Source: Pikeienuella sp. | Lineage (GTDB): Bacteria; Pseudomonadota; Alphaproteobacteria; Rhodobacterales; Rhodobacteraceae | NCBI GenBank assembly: GCA_047974395.1 | Contig: JBKECG010000326.1 | Coordinates: forward strand, 1-24,204 | Direction of reading: 5' to 3' | Length of the DNA stretch: 24,204 nt | Part shown: positions 7,608 through 15,798 of the stretch, piece after piece | Position numbering within the stretch: the stretch's first letter is position 1 | Layout of the letters: each line of letters begins with the position of its first letter | Notes under the pieces: model-generated | Told to the model about the DNA's origin: nothing | Seen by the model: only the letters and a program-made list of their open reading frames with translations | Databases searched by the model: none | Position numbers and translations under genes: made by a program

Positions 7608-8843
7608 TCAACCGCTTATCCGCCCCTCCTCGCGCCAGCGGTCGAAGATCGCCAGCGCGGTCTCGGCGAATTCCTCGTCGTTGATATGGCCCTTGATCTC
7701 CGTCATCTCCACCGGCGGGCGGATCGCGCCGCGCATCTCGTCGAGAAAGGCGGCCAGCGCCTCCGGCTCATGGGCGTCGCCGCCGGGCCGGTCCCATTCC
7801 TCGACCCCGCCGGCGGGCAGGATCAGATGGGTCGGGCCGGTCGCCTCGGCCAGCCGGCGCGCGACCTCGCGCGCGGTCTCCCGCCGTTCCCCGGCGTTGA
7901 GCGCGGTGGAGGTCAGAAGCCGGTTGTGATCGTGAAAGGGCCGGCCCTGAAACCGGGCGGGCGGCGTCTGCCAGGCCGGAAAATCCACCAGATCGAGACA
8001 ACCCGGAGCCACGATCTGCGGCGCCCCCGTCCGCCCCGCCGCGCGGAGCCGGTCCGCGCCGGCGTTGACGGCGGAGCCGGAGAGGAAATTGCCAAGCTCG
8101 GGCAGGGCGAAATCCATCACCGCGGCGAAGGCGCCCTCGGCTGCGAGCTTTTCAAAGGCCATGCCGCCCATGCCGGTGGCGTGAAAGACCGCGAGATCAT
8201 AGCCCCGCGCCTCCAGCGCCGGCTTGAGCCGTTTCATGTAGGAAAGACAGGAGGAGCCGAGACTGGTCATGCCGATCAGCGGCCGCCCCGCCCCCGACCG
8301 CTCCACGGCGCGCGCCGCGCCGGTCACCGCGCCCGCAGCCTGCGCCAATGAAGCCCGACAGACCGGGTTCAGCCCGTAAAGCCCTCCGGCCCAGAGGATC
8401 ATCTGGATATCCGGCGTCAGCCGCTCCGGCGGGATCAGCGGCGAAAAGGAGATCGTGGAGACGACATATTTCGGAACCCCGATCGGCAGCGCCGCGGCGC
8501 AATCAAGCGCCAGATCCGTCCCCATCGAACCGCCGAGCGCGATCATGCCCGCAATCGCACCCTGGTCATGGAGCCGCCGCGTCAGGCGCGCGGCGCCTGT
8601 CGCCATGATCTGCATCGCCTCGTTCTCGCCCCCGGCGGCGATGGCGGCCGCGATGGAGGACCCAGCCGCCTCCGCGACATCATGTTTGGAGAGATCGACC
8701 GGAAAGGGCGGATCGCCGAGCACCGAAACATCCATGGTCATCGCCGCGCCGCCCGAATCCCTGATCCTCCCGGCGAGAAAGGAAAGCTCCTCGGCCTTGG
8801 TGTCATAGGTGCCGATGATCAGAATGGTGAGGTCTTCGGCCAT
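7608..8843 (-). CDS. UPF0261 family protein (Tm-1-like)
   Basis: About 411 aa from ATG 8843 (GGAAGG RBS 8 nt upstream). LTILIIGTYDTKAEELSFLAGRI... and internal glycine-rich segments match the UPF0261/Tm-1-like family. The track ORF extends to 8888. Confidence 0.65.
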   Translation of the reverse strand: MAEDLTILIIGTYDTKAEELSFLAGRIRDSGGAAMTMDVSVLGDPPFPVDLSKHDVAEAAGSSIAAAIAAGGENEAMQIMATGAARLTRRLHDQGAIAGMIALGGSMGTDLALDCAAALPIGVPKYVVSTISFSPLIPPERLTPDIQMILWAGGLYGLNPVCRASLAQAAGAVTGAARAVERSGAGRPLIGMTSLGSSCLSYMKRLKPALEARGYDLAVFHATGMGGMAFEKLAAEGAFAAVMDFALPELGNFLSGSAVNAGADRLRAAGRTGAPQIVAPGCLDLVDFPAWQTPPARFQGRPFHDHNRLLTSTALNAGERRETAREVARRLAEATGPTHLILPAGGVEEWDRPGGDAHEPEALAAFLDEMRGAIRPPVEMTEIKGHINDEEFAETALAIFDRWREEGRISG

Positions 8844-8919
8844 CTCGCGCATCCTTCCCGCAACCGGACGACGATCAGACGCCGCCAATCCTCAACCGTC
8901 AGCGCCCCCGGCGCCGCTG

Positions 8920-8960
8920 TCAAGCCGCCGGAATCCGCGCCCCGCCCGTATAATGCATGT
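8920..8960 (+). promoter_or_regulatory. Candidate sigma70-type promoter for the RND efflux operon (consensus -10 TATAAT at 8949-8954)
   Basis: A perfect TATAAT hexamer in a GC-rich divergent intergenic region (UPF0261 <-> MFP), about 115 nt upstream of the MFP ATG. The -35 is not convincing. Confidence 0.35.
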
Positions 8961-9068
8961 GGGAATTATCGACCCGCGCCCGGACGGGGGCTATATTCGG
9001 GATGAAGATGGCGGAACTTTCCGCCCGGTGGCGCTTGCGCGGCGCAGCGACGGATTTCGGAGCGGTGA

Positions 9069-10178
9069 ATGGCGATCTGGCGGCAGGTGCTGATCCTACT
9101 CGTGATGGCCGGGCTCGGCTATGCCGGCCTGATCGGCTATCAACGCTATTTCGCCGCCGCAGAGGCCACGGAGACCGGGCCGGGGAGAAGCGAGCGCGCC
9201 GTCTCCGTCGAGATCGCCGCCGCGCGCATGGCGGTGCTGGAGCGCAATGTGGAGGCGGTCGGCACCACCCGCGCGAAACAATCGGTGGAGATCACGCCCC
9301 TGGCCTCCGGCCGCATCGTCGAACTGGCGATCATCCCCGGCGACCGGGTGGAGGCCGGGGCGGTGCTGGCGCGGCTCGATGACGAGATCCAGCGCGCCGA
9401 TCTCGCCGAGGCCGAGGCGCTTCTGGACGAGCAGCGCCGGGCGACGGCGCGGGCCGAGCAATTGCGCCAGAGCCGGGCGATCGCCGTCTCCGTCGCCGAA
9501 CAGGCCCGCGCCGATCTCGCCGTGGCCGAGGCGACGCTGAACCGGGCGAAGCGGCGGCTGGAGGACCGGGTGATCCGCGCCCCCTTCGCCGGTCATGTCG
9601 GGCTGAGCGACGCCGATCTCGGCGCGCGGGTCGATATCGACGACATGCTGACCAGGCTGGACGATCTGAGCGAGGTGGAGATCGAGTTTTCGCTGCCCGA
9701 GACGCTCTTCGCCGATATCGCCATCGGCATGCCGGTCTCGGCGATCAGCGCCGCTTTCGCCGACCGGGCCTTCACCGGCGCCGTCGCCATGATCGACAAC
9801 CGGATCGACCCGGTCAGCCGCGCCTTCCGGCTGCGCGCGGCCATCCCCAACCCCGCGGGCGAGCTGCCCGCCGGGATGTTCATGTCGCTCTCGCTCACGC
9901 TCTCGGCCGATGAGGCGCTTGTGGTGCCCGAAGAGGCCATCGTCGCCCAGGCCGCCGACACGTTCGTCTTCGTGATCGAGGATGGCAGGGCCCGCCGGCG
10001 CGCCGTCGTCACCGGGCTGAGGAAGGCGGGGATGATCGCCATTGAAAGCGGGATCTCGGCCGGCGATCAGGTCGTCACCCGCGGGCTTCAGCGCATCCGC
10101 GACGGCGCCGCGGTGGAGGTCGTCGGCCCGGTGGCCGGCGCGGTGGCGGGCGCGGCGGCGGGGTCGCGACGCTCATGA
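9069..10178 (+). CDS. RND efflux membrane fusion protein (periplasmic adaptor, HlyD/AcrA family)
   Basis: 369 aa with an N-terminal TM anchor (VLILLVMAGLGYAGLIGY), coiled-coil region and beta-barrel/lipoyl motifs (VIRAPFAGHVG, FVFVIEDGRARRRAV). Stop overlapped by the permease ATG (ATGA). Confidence 0.85.
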   Translation: MAIWRQVLILLVMAGLGYAGLIGYQRYFAAAEATETGPGRSERAVSVEIAAARMAVLERNVEAVGTTRAKQSVEITPLASGRIVELAIIPGDRVEAGAVLARLDDEIQRADLAEAEALLDEQRRATARAEQLRQSRAIAVSVAEQARADLAVAEATLNRAKRRLEDRVIRAPFAGHVGLSDADLGARVDIDDMLTRLDDLSEVEIEFSLPETLFADIAIGMPVSAISAAFADRAFTGAVAMIDNRIDPVSRAFRLRAAIPNPAGELPAGMFMSLSLTLSADEALVVPEEAIVAQAADTFVFVIEDGRARRRAVVTGLRKAGMIAIESGISAGDQVVTRGLQRIRDGAAVEVVGPVAGAVAGAAAGSRRS

Positions 10179-13100
10179 CCCTCTCCGACATCTCGGTCCG
10201 CCGCCCGGTGCTGGCCGCGGTCGCGAGCCTGCTGATCATCGTTTTCGGCCTCTCCGCGCTTTTCGGCCTGCCGATCCGCGAATTGCCGGATGTGGATACG
10301 GCGGTGGTGACCGTCACCACCCAGTATCGCGGCGCCGCCTCCGAGATCGTGGACACCGACATCACCGAAACCATCGAAGGCGCGGTCGCCACCATTTCCG
10401 GCATCCGCTCGATCAGTTCCGAAAGCCGGCAGGGCCGCAGCCGCACCACGATCGAGTTCGAAACCGGGGTCGATGTCGATATCGCCGCCAATGACGTGCG
10501 CGACGCGGTCGGGCGGGTGCTGGGCCAGTTGCCCGAAGAAGCCGAACAGCCGCAGGTGGTGAAAAGCGACGCCGATGGCGACCCGGTGATGCGCCTCGCC
10601 GTGACCTCGACGCGGATGACCACGGCCGAAATCACCGATTACGTTGATCGCTACGTCACCGACCGGCTCTCCACCATCGACGGCGTCGCCACGGTGGATA
10701 TCTATGGCGAGCGGCCCTTCGCCGTGCGGATCTGGCTGGACCGGCGGGCGCTGGCCGCGCGCAACCTGACCGTCGCCGATGTCGAGACCGCGCTGAGGCG
10801 CAACAACCTGGAGCTGCCGGCGGGCGAGGTGAAATCCGTCGAGCGCCAGCTGACCGTGCGGCTCAACAGCCGGCTGAATTCGATCGACGATTTCCGCGAC
10901 GTGGTGATCGACCGGGTCGCCGGCTACCCGGTCCGGCTCGGCGATGTCGCCCGCGTCGCCGCCGGGGTGGAGGATGACAGCTCCATCGTCCGCTCGGACG
11001 GGGCCGACGCGGTCGGCGTCGCGGTCCTGCGTCAGGCGCAGGCGAACACGCTGGCGATCTCGCGCGCGGTGCGGGCCGAGGTCGCCGAAATCGCCGAGAC
11101 CCTGCCCGAGGGCATGGCGATCTCCATCGGCTCGGATGACGCTATCTTCGTCGGCGCCTCGATCGCGGAAGTGGTCTCGGCGCTGATGATCTCGCTCGGG
11201 CTGGTCATCTTCGTGATCCTGATCTTCCTGCGCTCCCTGCGGGCGACGCTGGTGCCGGCGATCACCATTCCCGTCGCGCTGATCGGCTGCTTCATCCTGA
11301 TCAGCGGCTTCGGCTTTTCGATCAACACACTGACCTTGCTGGCGCTTCTGCTGGCCATCGGGCTGGTGGTCGATGACGCCATCGTGGTGCTGGAGAATAT
11401 CCAGCGCCGGATCGAGGATGGCGAAAGCCCGCTCGCGGCCAGTTTCCGCGGCTCGCGACAGGTCACTTTCGCGGTTCTGGCGACCTCGGCGACGCTGATC
11501 GCGGTCTTCGTGCCGCTCTCCTTCCTGCCCGGACAGGTCGGGCGGCTTTTCGTCGAGTTCGGCTTCGTGATGGCCAGCGCGGTGGCGATCTCCACCTTCG
11601 TCGCGCTGACCGCCTGCCCCGCCCTCGCCTCCAGGGTTCTGGGCGCGGCGCCGGCGCGGCCCGAGGGCGCGCCGCGGCGGGAGGCGTTCTTCCTCCGGCT
11701 CTACCGGCGGCTGCTGAACCAGGCGGTGCGCGCGCCCATCGTGGTGCTCGCGGTCGCCGTCCTGGTCACCCTCGGCGCCGTCCCGATCTACGAGACCCTG
11801 CCGCGCGAGCTGACCCCGCCCGAGGATCGCGGCGTCGGCTTCGTGCCGCTCACCGCGCCGCAGGGTTCGACGCTGGAGCATACCGACATCGCCGCGCGGC
11901 AGGTGGAGGAGATCCTCGCCCCCCTGCGCGAGAGCGGCGAAGTCGATGCGGTCTTCACCTTCTCCGGCAGCTATGGGCGCGCCTATCGCTCCTTCGTCGT
12001 CTTCCGCCTCGCGCCATGGGAGGAGCGCGCCCGCGGCGTCGCCGAGATCGTCGGCGAGATCTCTCCGCAAATGGATCGCGTCACGGTCGCGCGCGGCGCG
12101 CCGGTGACGCCGGCGGGGCTGGGGCTGCGCGGCTCCTCCACCCCGGTCCGGGTGGTGATCGGCGGGCCGGATTTCGAAAGCGTGAAGCTCTGGGCCGCCG
12201 CCATGCTGGAGGCGGCCAGGGCCGATCCCGGCCTCGTGAACCCGGAGATCGACTTCGAGGAGAACCTGCCCCAGCTCGATATCGAGATCGACCGGCGCCG
12301 CGCCGACGATCTCGGCATCTCGGCGGAGGTGATCGCCTCCACGCTCCAGACCATGCTGGCCTCGCGCGAGGTCACCTCCTTCGTCAGCCGCGGGCGCGAA
12401 TATCCGGTGCTGTTGCAGGCGGAGGATGACGACCGGCGCACGCCTTCCGACATCGCCAACATCTTCCTGCGCTCCGGCGACGGCGAGACGCTGACGCCGC
12501 TCGGGTCGCTGGTGAATCTGCGCGAGAACGCCGCCGCGCCCTCGCTCCGGCGCTATGACCGGCTGCCCTCGATCCAGCTTTCGGCCTCGCTGGCGCCGGG
12601 CCATGATCTCGGCGCGGCGCTGGCCTCGCTGGAGGAGGCCGCGCGGGGGATCCTGCCGCCCGAGGCGCAGCTTGGCTATGAGGGCCAGTCCCGCGCCTTC
12701 AAGGACACCTCCGCCGGGGCGGGTTTCGTCTTCGGGCTGGCGCTCCTGATCGTCTTTCTGGTGCTGGCGGCGCAGTTCGAGAGCTTCGTGCATCCGGTCT
12801 CGATCATGCTCACCGTGCCGCTCGGCCTCGCCGGGGCGGTCTACGCCATGGCGCTCGGCGGGCTGTCGCTGAACATCTACAGCCAGATCGGGGTGATATT
12901 GCTGATCGGGCTGGTGGCCAAGAACGGGATCCTGATCGTCGAATTCGCCAACCAGCTCCGCGACGAGGGGCTGGAGATCCGCCAGGCGGTGATCGACGCC
13001 TCGGTGCTGCGCGTCCGCCCGATCGTGATGACGGCGGTCTCCACCGTGCTCGGCGCGCTGCCGCTGGTCATGGCGAGCGGCGCAGGCGCCGAAAGCCGGA

Positions 13101-13246
13101 TCGCCATCGGCAGCGTCATCGTCGCCGGCCTGTCGCTGGCGAGCCTGCTGATGCTGTTCGTGACCCCGGTGCTCTACGATTTGCTGGCCCGCTTCACCAC
13201 GCCGCGCGGCACGGTGGAGAAGCGCCTCGCGGCGGAGATCGGCTAG
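10175..13246 (+). CDS. RND efflux transporter permease (AcrB/AcrD/AcrF family)
   Basis: 1023 aa with canonical RND features: N-terminal TM (RRPVLAAVASLLIIVFG), large periplasmic loops, 12-TM architecture (AIGLVVDDAIVVLENI, LVAKNGILIVEFANQLR). Confidence 0.93.
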   Translation: MTLSDISVRRPVLAAVASLLIIVFGLSALFGLPIRELPDVDTAVVTVTTQYRGAASEIVDTDITETIEGAVATISGIRSISSESRQGRSRTTIEFETGVDVDIAANDVRDAVGRVLGQLPEEAEQPQVVKSDADGDPVMRLAVTSTRMTTAEITDYVDRYVTDRLSTIDGVATVDIYGERPFAVRIWLDRRALAARNLTVADVETALRRNNLELPAGEVKSVERQLTVRLNSRLNSIDDFRDVVIDRVAGYPVRLGDVARVAAGVEDDSSIVRSDGADAVGVAVLRQAQANTLAISRAVRAEVAEIAETLPEGMAISIGSDDAIFVGASIAEVVSALMISLGLVIFVILIFLRSLRATLVPAITIPVALIGCFILISGFGFSINTLTLLALLLAIGLVVDDAIVVLENIQRRIEDGESPLAASFRGSRQVTFAVLATSATLIAVFVPLSFLPGQVGRLFVEFGFVMASAVAISTFVALTACPALASRVLGAAPARPEGAPRREAFFLRLYRRLLNQAVRAPIVVLAVAVLVTLGAVPIYETLPRELTPPEDRGVGFVPLTAPQGSTLEHTDIAARQVEEILAPLRESGEVDAVFTFSGSYGRAYRSFVVFRLAPWEERARGVAEIVGEISPQMDRVTVARGAPVTPAGLGLRGSSTPVRVVIGGPDFESVKLWAAAMLEAARADPGLVNPEIDFEENLPQLDIEIDRRRADDLGISAEVIASTLQTMLASREVTSFVSRGREYPVLLQAEDDDRRTPSDIANIFLRSGDGETLTPLGSLVNLRENAAAPSLRRYDRLPSIQLSASLAPGHDLGAALASLEEAARGILPPEAQLGYEGQSRAFKDTSAGAGFVFGLALLIVFLVLAAQFESFVHPVSIMLTVPLGLAGAVYAMALGGLSLNIYSQIGVILLIGLVAKNGILIVEFANQLRDEGLEIRQAVIDASVLRVRPIVMTAVSTVLGALPLVMASGAGAESRIAIGSVIVAGLSLASLLMLFVTPVLYDLLARFTTPRGTVEKRLAAEIG

Positions 13247-13295
13247 CGCCCGGCTCCGGCGGCTTTAGCGGCCAACCGGGCGCGTGGTATCCGGT

Positions 13296-13333
13296 CATTA
13301 TTCGTAAAACCCGCCGGTATCGCTCCGGGCGGG
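13296..13333 (-). terminator. Rho-independent terminator candidate downstream of the SPFH gene
   Basis: Hairpin CCCGCCGG-TATCGCT-CCGGGCGGG at 13310-13333. On the minus strand it is followed by UUUUACGAAUAAUG (RC of 13296-13309). Confidence 0.55.
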
Positions 13334-13381
13334 TGGGTTCGGGGGGTTGGTATCGGGCGGGTCGGATCGGGCGGGTCGGGC

Positions 13382-14521
13382 TCAGTCGCGCAGCCGGACC
13401 AGATCGGTCAGCAGCCCCTCGGCGCCGTTATGGACGGTCAGGCGCCCCACCTTGCCGGCCAGTTCCTGAAGCGCCTCCAGCTCCTTCAGCCGGAGCATGA
13501 CCGGGTTGTCGGCCATGACCTTGGCGGCGTTCAGAAGCGCCCGCGTCGCGTCAGCCTCGTCGCGCCGACGGATCACGTTGGCCTCGGCCTCCTTCTGCGC
13601 GGCGACGACGCGGTTCAGGATCTCGCGCATCTCGCCCGGCAGGACGACGTCCTTCAGGGCGATCTGCGCCACCTCGACCCCGATGGCCGCCATCTCCGCG
13701 CGGACCGCCTCCGCCGCCTCCGCGTCCACGGAGACCTTGTCGGCCAGAAGCTCATCCAGCGTCACCGCCCCCAGCGTCTTGCGGAAGGCGAGTTGCAGCG
13801 CCCGGTGCAGAGCCTCGTCGAAATCCTTCACCGCGGTCACCGCCCGCAGCGCGTCGACCACCTGGTAGTCGGCCGAAATGTTGACCCGCAGCGTCACCCG
13901 GTCCCTGGTCAGGATCTCCTGCCCGGTCACGTCGCGGGTGCGCCAGCGGATATCCACCATCCGCACGACCCGCTTGCGTCCGTCCATCCAGAAGCGATGC
14001 GCGCCCGCCGCGAGCAGCGCCGGCGCGGCGCCGTCCACGGTCAGGACGCCCAGATGACCTTCCGGCGTCTCGATCGTGTCCACATCGGACAGAAGCCGGG
14101 CCCGCGCGAGACGCTGGCCGAGCGCCGCCGGAACCGCGGCCGCCTCATCCAGGTCCAGCCGCTCCACCGTCCAGGGGCCGGCCGCGGTCCAGTAGACCTG
14201 CCGTTCTTCCGGGCGAAGCGTCGCATGGAGCCGCCCGTCGCGCAGGACGACCGCCGCCTCCCCCGGCCCGGTGCGGACCTCGGTCAGATGCGCCTCGACG
14301 AGATCCGGCCGCTCCCGGAAGAGCGCCGCATCATATCCGGAGATGAAATGCGGAAGGTCCATGCCATGCTCTTCCAGCGTCAGCTCCCTGCCTTTCGGCA
14401 GGCAGTGCCGCCCCGGCCCGAGGATCGCGTCTATGCGCCCGTTCCGCAGAACCAGCACGCGCTTCGTCTCATCGACCGTGAGGATCTTGTATCCTGCGAG
14501 CTTCTTCATGAATTCGGACAT
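13382..14521 (-). CDS. SPFH/band-7 domain protein with N-terminal extension of unknown function (no predicted TM segment)
   Basis: 379 aa. The C-terminal about 200 aa carries the band-7 signature (VTGQEILTRDRVTLRVNISADYQVVDALRAV...) followed by a coiled coil (AQKEAEANVIRRRDEADATRAL). The N-terminal about 180 aa has no hydrophobic helix. RBS AAGGGGAAAAC upstream of ATG 14521. Confidence 0.75.
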   Translation of the reverse strand: MSEFMKKLAGYKILTVDETKRVLVLRNGRIDAILGPGRHCLPKGRELTLEEHGMDLPHFISGYDAALFRERPDLVEAHLTEVRTGPGEAAVVLRDGRLHATLRPEERQVYWTAAGPWTVERLDLDEAAAVPAALGQRLARARLLSDVDTIETPEGHLGVLTVDGAAPALLAAGAHRFWMDGRKRVVRMVDIRWRTRDVTGQEILTRDRVTLRVNISADYQVVDALRAVTAVKDFDEALHRALQLAFRKTLGAVTLDELLADKVSVDAEAAEAVRAEMAAIGVEVAQIALKDVVLPGEMREILNRVVAAQKEAEANVIRRRDEADATRALLNAAKVMADNPVMLRLKELEALQELAGKVGRLTVHNGAEGLLTDLVRLRD

Positions 14522-14860
14522 GGTTTTCCCCTTCGTCTCTTTCCTGTTCCTTTCGGCTGGCGCCCATCCGGGCCGGGTTATGGCCCCGTCAGGGGCGGTT
14601 GAAAGCGCCGGGGCCGGACCTTTACCGGCGAATGACGGACCGTCGGAGAGCGGCGGCGAGGGCCCCGGCGCCCGACCCGCCCGAAAGCGCGCCGGGGGAC
14701 CCGGGCCGTCATCGCGTCATCCTTCGGCCGGCCGCCCGCCGGCGCTTCGGACCGGGTCTCCCGCCTTTCGGCGAGGGCCCCGCCCTCGGCGGTCCGGCCC
14801 CGGACACCCATTCTTGTCTCCGCCTTTCGGCGGCGATCGGCTTTTCAGGCCGGTTTGAAT

Positions 14861-14924
14861 CCGGGACTCGAACCCAAGACATGTAGATTTTCTGTCTACC
14901 GCCTCATCAACTGGGCTGCTTCCC
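14861..14924 (-). pseudogene. Degenerate tRNA-Phe-like sequence (tRNA pseudogene/relic; no acceptor 3' strand)
   Basis: Minus strand reads GGGAAGCAGCCCAG-TTGATGAGGCGGTAGA-CAGAAAATCTAC-ATGTC-TTGGGTTCGAGTCCCGG, collinear with bacterial tRNA-Phe(GAA) (GCCCAG...TTGGTAGAGCAG...GAAAATC...GTGTC-GGTGGTTCGATTCC). It retains the D-loop GGTAGA, the anticodon-loop remnant GAAAAT, a 5-nt variable loop and a T-arm with a TTCGAGT loop. The anticodon stem is truncated, U33 is lost, and no complementary 3' acceptor strand exists (downstream is ATTCAAACC). Confidence 0.45.
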
Positions 14925-14988
14925 GGTCGCAAAGAGATTTGAACTCTCCACCCGCCCCGGCTGTCCGGCCTCGGCATACGCCTGCGAC
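14924..14988 (-). other. Second tRNA-like fragment (T-arm or anticodon-arm-like GAGAG-TTCAAAT-CTCTT plus acceptor-like TGCGACC pairing with upstream GTCGCAG)
   Basis: Minus strand reads GTCGCAG-(33 nt)-GAGAG TTCAAAT CTCTT TGCGAC C. A 7-bp acceptor-like pairing and a canonical T-loop are present, but the element is only about 64 nt, too short for a D-arm plus anticodon arm, and has no CCA. It abuts the tRNA-Phe-like relic. Confidence 0.35.
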
Positions 14989-15170
14989 AGAGCCGCCGCG
15001 CACCGGTGGGGCGTCTGAACCCCACCGCTGAGATCCGGTCCGCTTGAGACGGAAGGCGCGAGATGCCGCAAAAGGGGATTCGGAGCAAAGAAAATCTCCC
15101 CCGAGGCCGGAGGGATGCGGCTATGTGATTGTAATGCAACATCTGCGGGGGCGCCACGCCGTCGCAGCGG

Positions 15171-15207
15171 GCCGTTCAACCGGAGGCCGGGCCAGCCCCC
15201 GACATGC
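15171..15207 (-). terminator. Rho-independent terminator downstream of the phasin gene
   Basis: Perfect 10-bp stem GGCCCGCCCC-ATCG-GGGGCGGGCC (15184-15207), followed on the minus strand by GUGUUUGCAUG. The plus strand also has a U-rich tail (GUUAUAUGUCUCUCGUU), so it may act bidirectionally. Confidence 0.6.
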
Positions 15208-15270
15208 AAACACGGCCCGCCCCATCGGGGGCGGGCCGTTATATGTCTCTCGTTCCGGCTGCGTCGGGGC

Positions 15271-15726
15271 TCAGGCGGCCTTACGGCTCTCGGCCCAGAT
15301 ATCGGAAACGCCGTCGCGCAGCGCCTCGACGCCCTCGGCCACCACGTCGCGGGTCGCGGAGGCGGCGTTGCGGGCGCGGTCGAGATTGGCTTCGGCGTTG
15401 GCGCGCAGGAACTCGCCCTGGATGCGCAGGGCTTCGCCCATGTTCTTGGCGGCGGCGGCCTTCTCCATCGCGGCGAAGCCGTCGACGAGATTGGCGCGGG
15501 TCGCCTCGGCGATGTCGCCCAGCACGCCGACATAGCCGGAGACCATGCGGCTCATGGTCTTCTCCAGCCCGGCGTTGAAGCGGAGCGCGCCCTCATAGGC
15601 GCTGTCGGTGCGGGCCTTGGCGTCGGCGGCGGCGCGCTGCACATATTCGCGCGCGCCCTCGGCGACGGTGGAGGCGTCGAAAGCGGCCTCGGCGGTCTTG
15701 CGGGCGGTGGTCTTTCTGGCGGTCAT
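15271..15726 (-). CDS. phaP: Phasin-family protein (PHA granule-associated)
   Basis: 151 aa from ATG 15726 (AAGGATGG RBS). Alanine/glutamate-rich amphipathic helices (AAFDASTVAEGAREYVQRAAADAKARTDSAYEGALRFNAGLEKT...) are typical of alphaproteobacterial phasins (PF09361-like). The track ORF extends to an upstream TTG. Confidence 0.75.
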   Translation of the reverse strand: MTARKTTARKTAEAAFDASTVAEGAREYVQRAAADAKARTDSAYEGALRFNAGLEKTMSRMVSGYVGVLGDIAEATRANLVDGFAAMEKAAAAKNMGEALRIQGEFLRANAEANLDRARNAASATRDVVAEGVEALRDGVSDIWAESRKAA

Positions 15727-15798
15727 GTCTTTTCCATCCTTGCGGGAAGCTATGGGTTCGGGCCCGTTCACATTCGACCCGGGCGAGAAGGGATATAG

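Noticed and set aside
8957-9382. 141-aa plus ORF and other small ORFs in the UPF0261/MFP intergenic and MFP 5' region
   Set aside because: Overlap the well-supported MFP gene in another frame or lie in a promoter region; Arg/Gly-rich composition, no RBS.
10088-12793. 901-aa ORF on the minus strand antisense to the RND permease
   Set aside because: Arg/Gly/Asp/Pro-rich low-complexity translation, no domain-like features. This is the typical GC3-driven shadow ORF opposite a real high-GC gene.
14852-14990. Intact functional tRNA gene
   Set aside because: Neither fragment can form a 7-bp acceptor stem with a proper 3' strand. The tRNA-Phe-like copy lacks U33 and part of the anticodon stem. The other is about 64 nt with no room for D and anticodon arms. 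Called pseudogene/relic instead.
15005-15026. GGTGGGG-TTCAGACG-CCCCACC hairpin as an intrinsic terminator
   Set aside because: No U-tract on either strand. Treated as part of the structured intergenic RNA or tRNA-relic region.
14522-15270. Permuted two-piece tmRNA (ssrA), as expected in alphaproteobacteria, suggested by T-arm-like motifs
   Set aside because: No tag-peptide reading frame (no ANDN... / ...AA-stop codon string such as GCCAACGACAAC on either strand), no GGGG 5' acceptor paired with a CCA-ending 3' piece. The motifs are better explained as tRNA-Phe-like relics.
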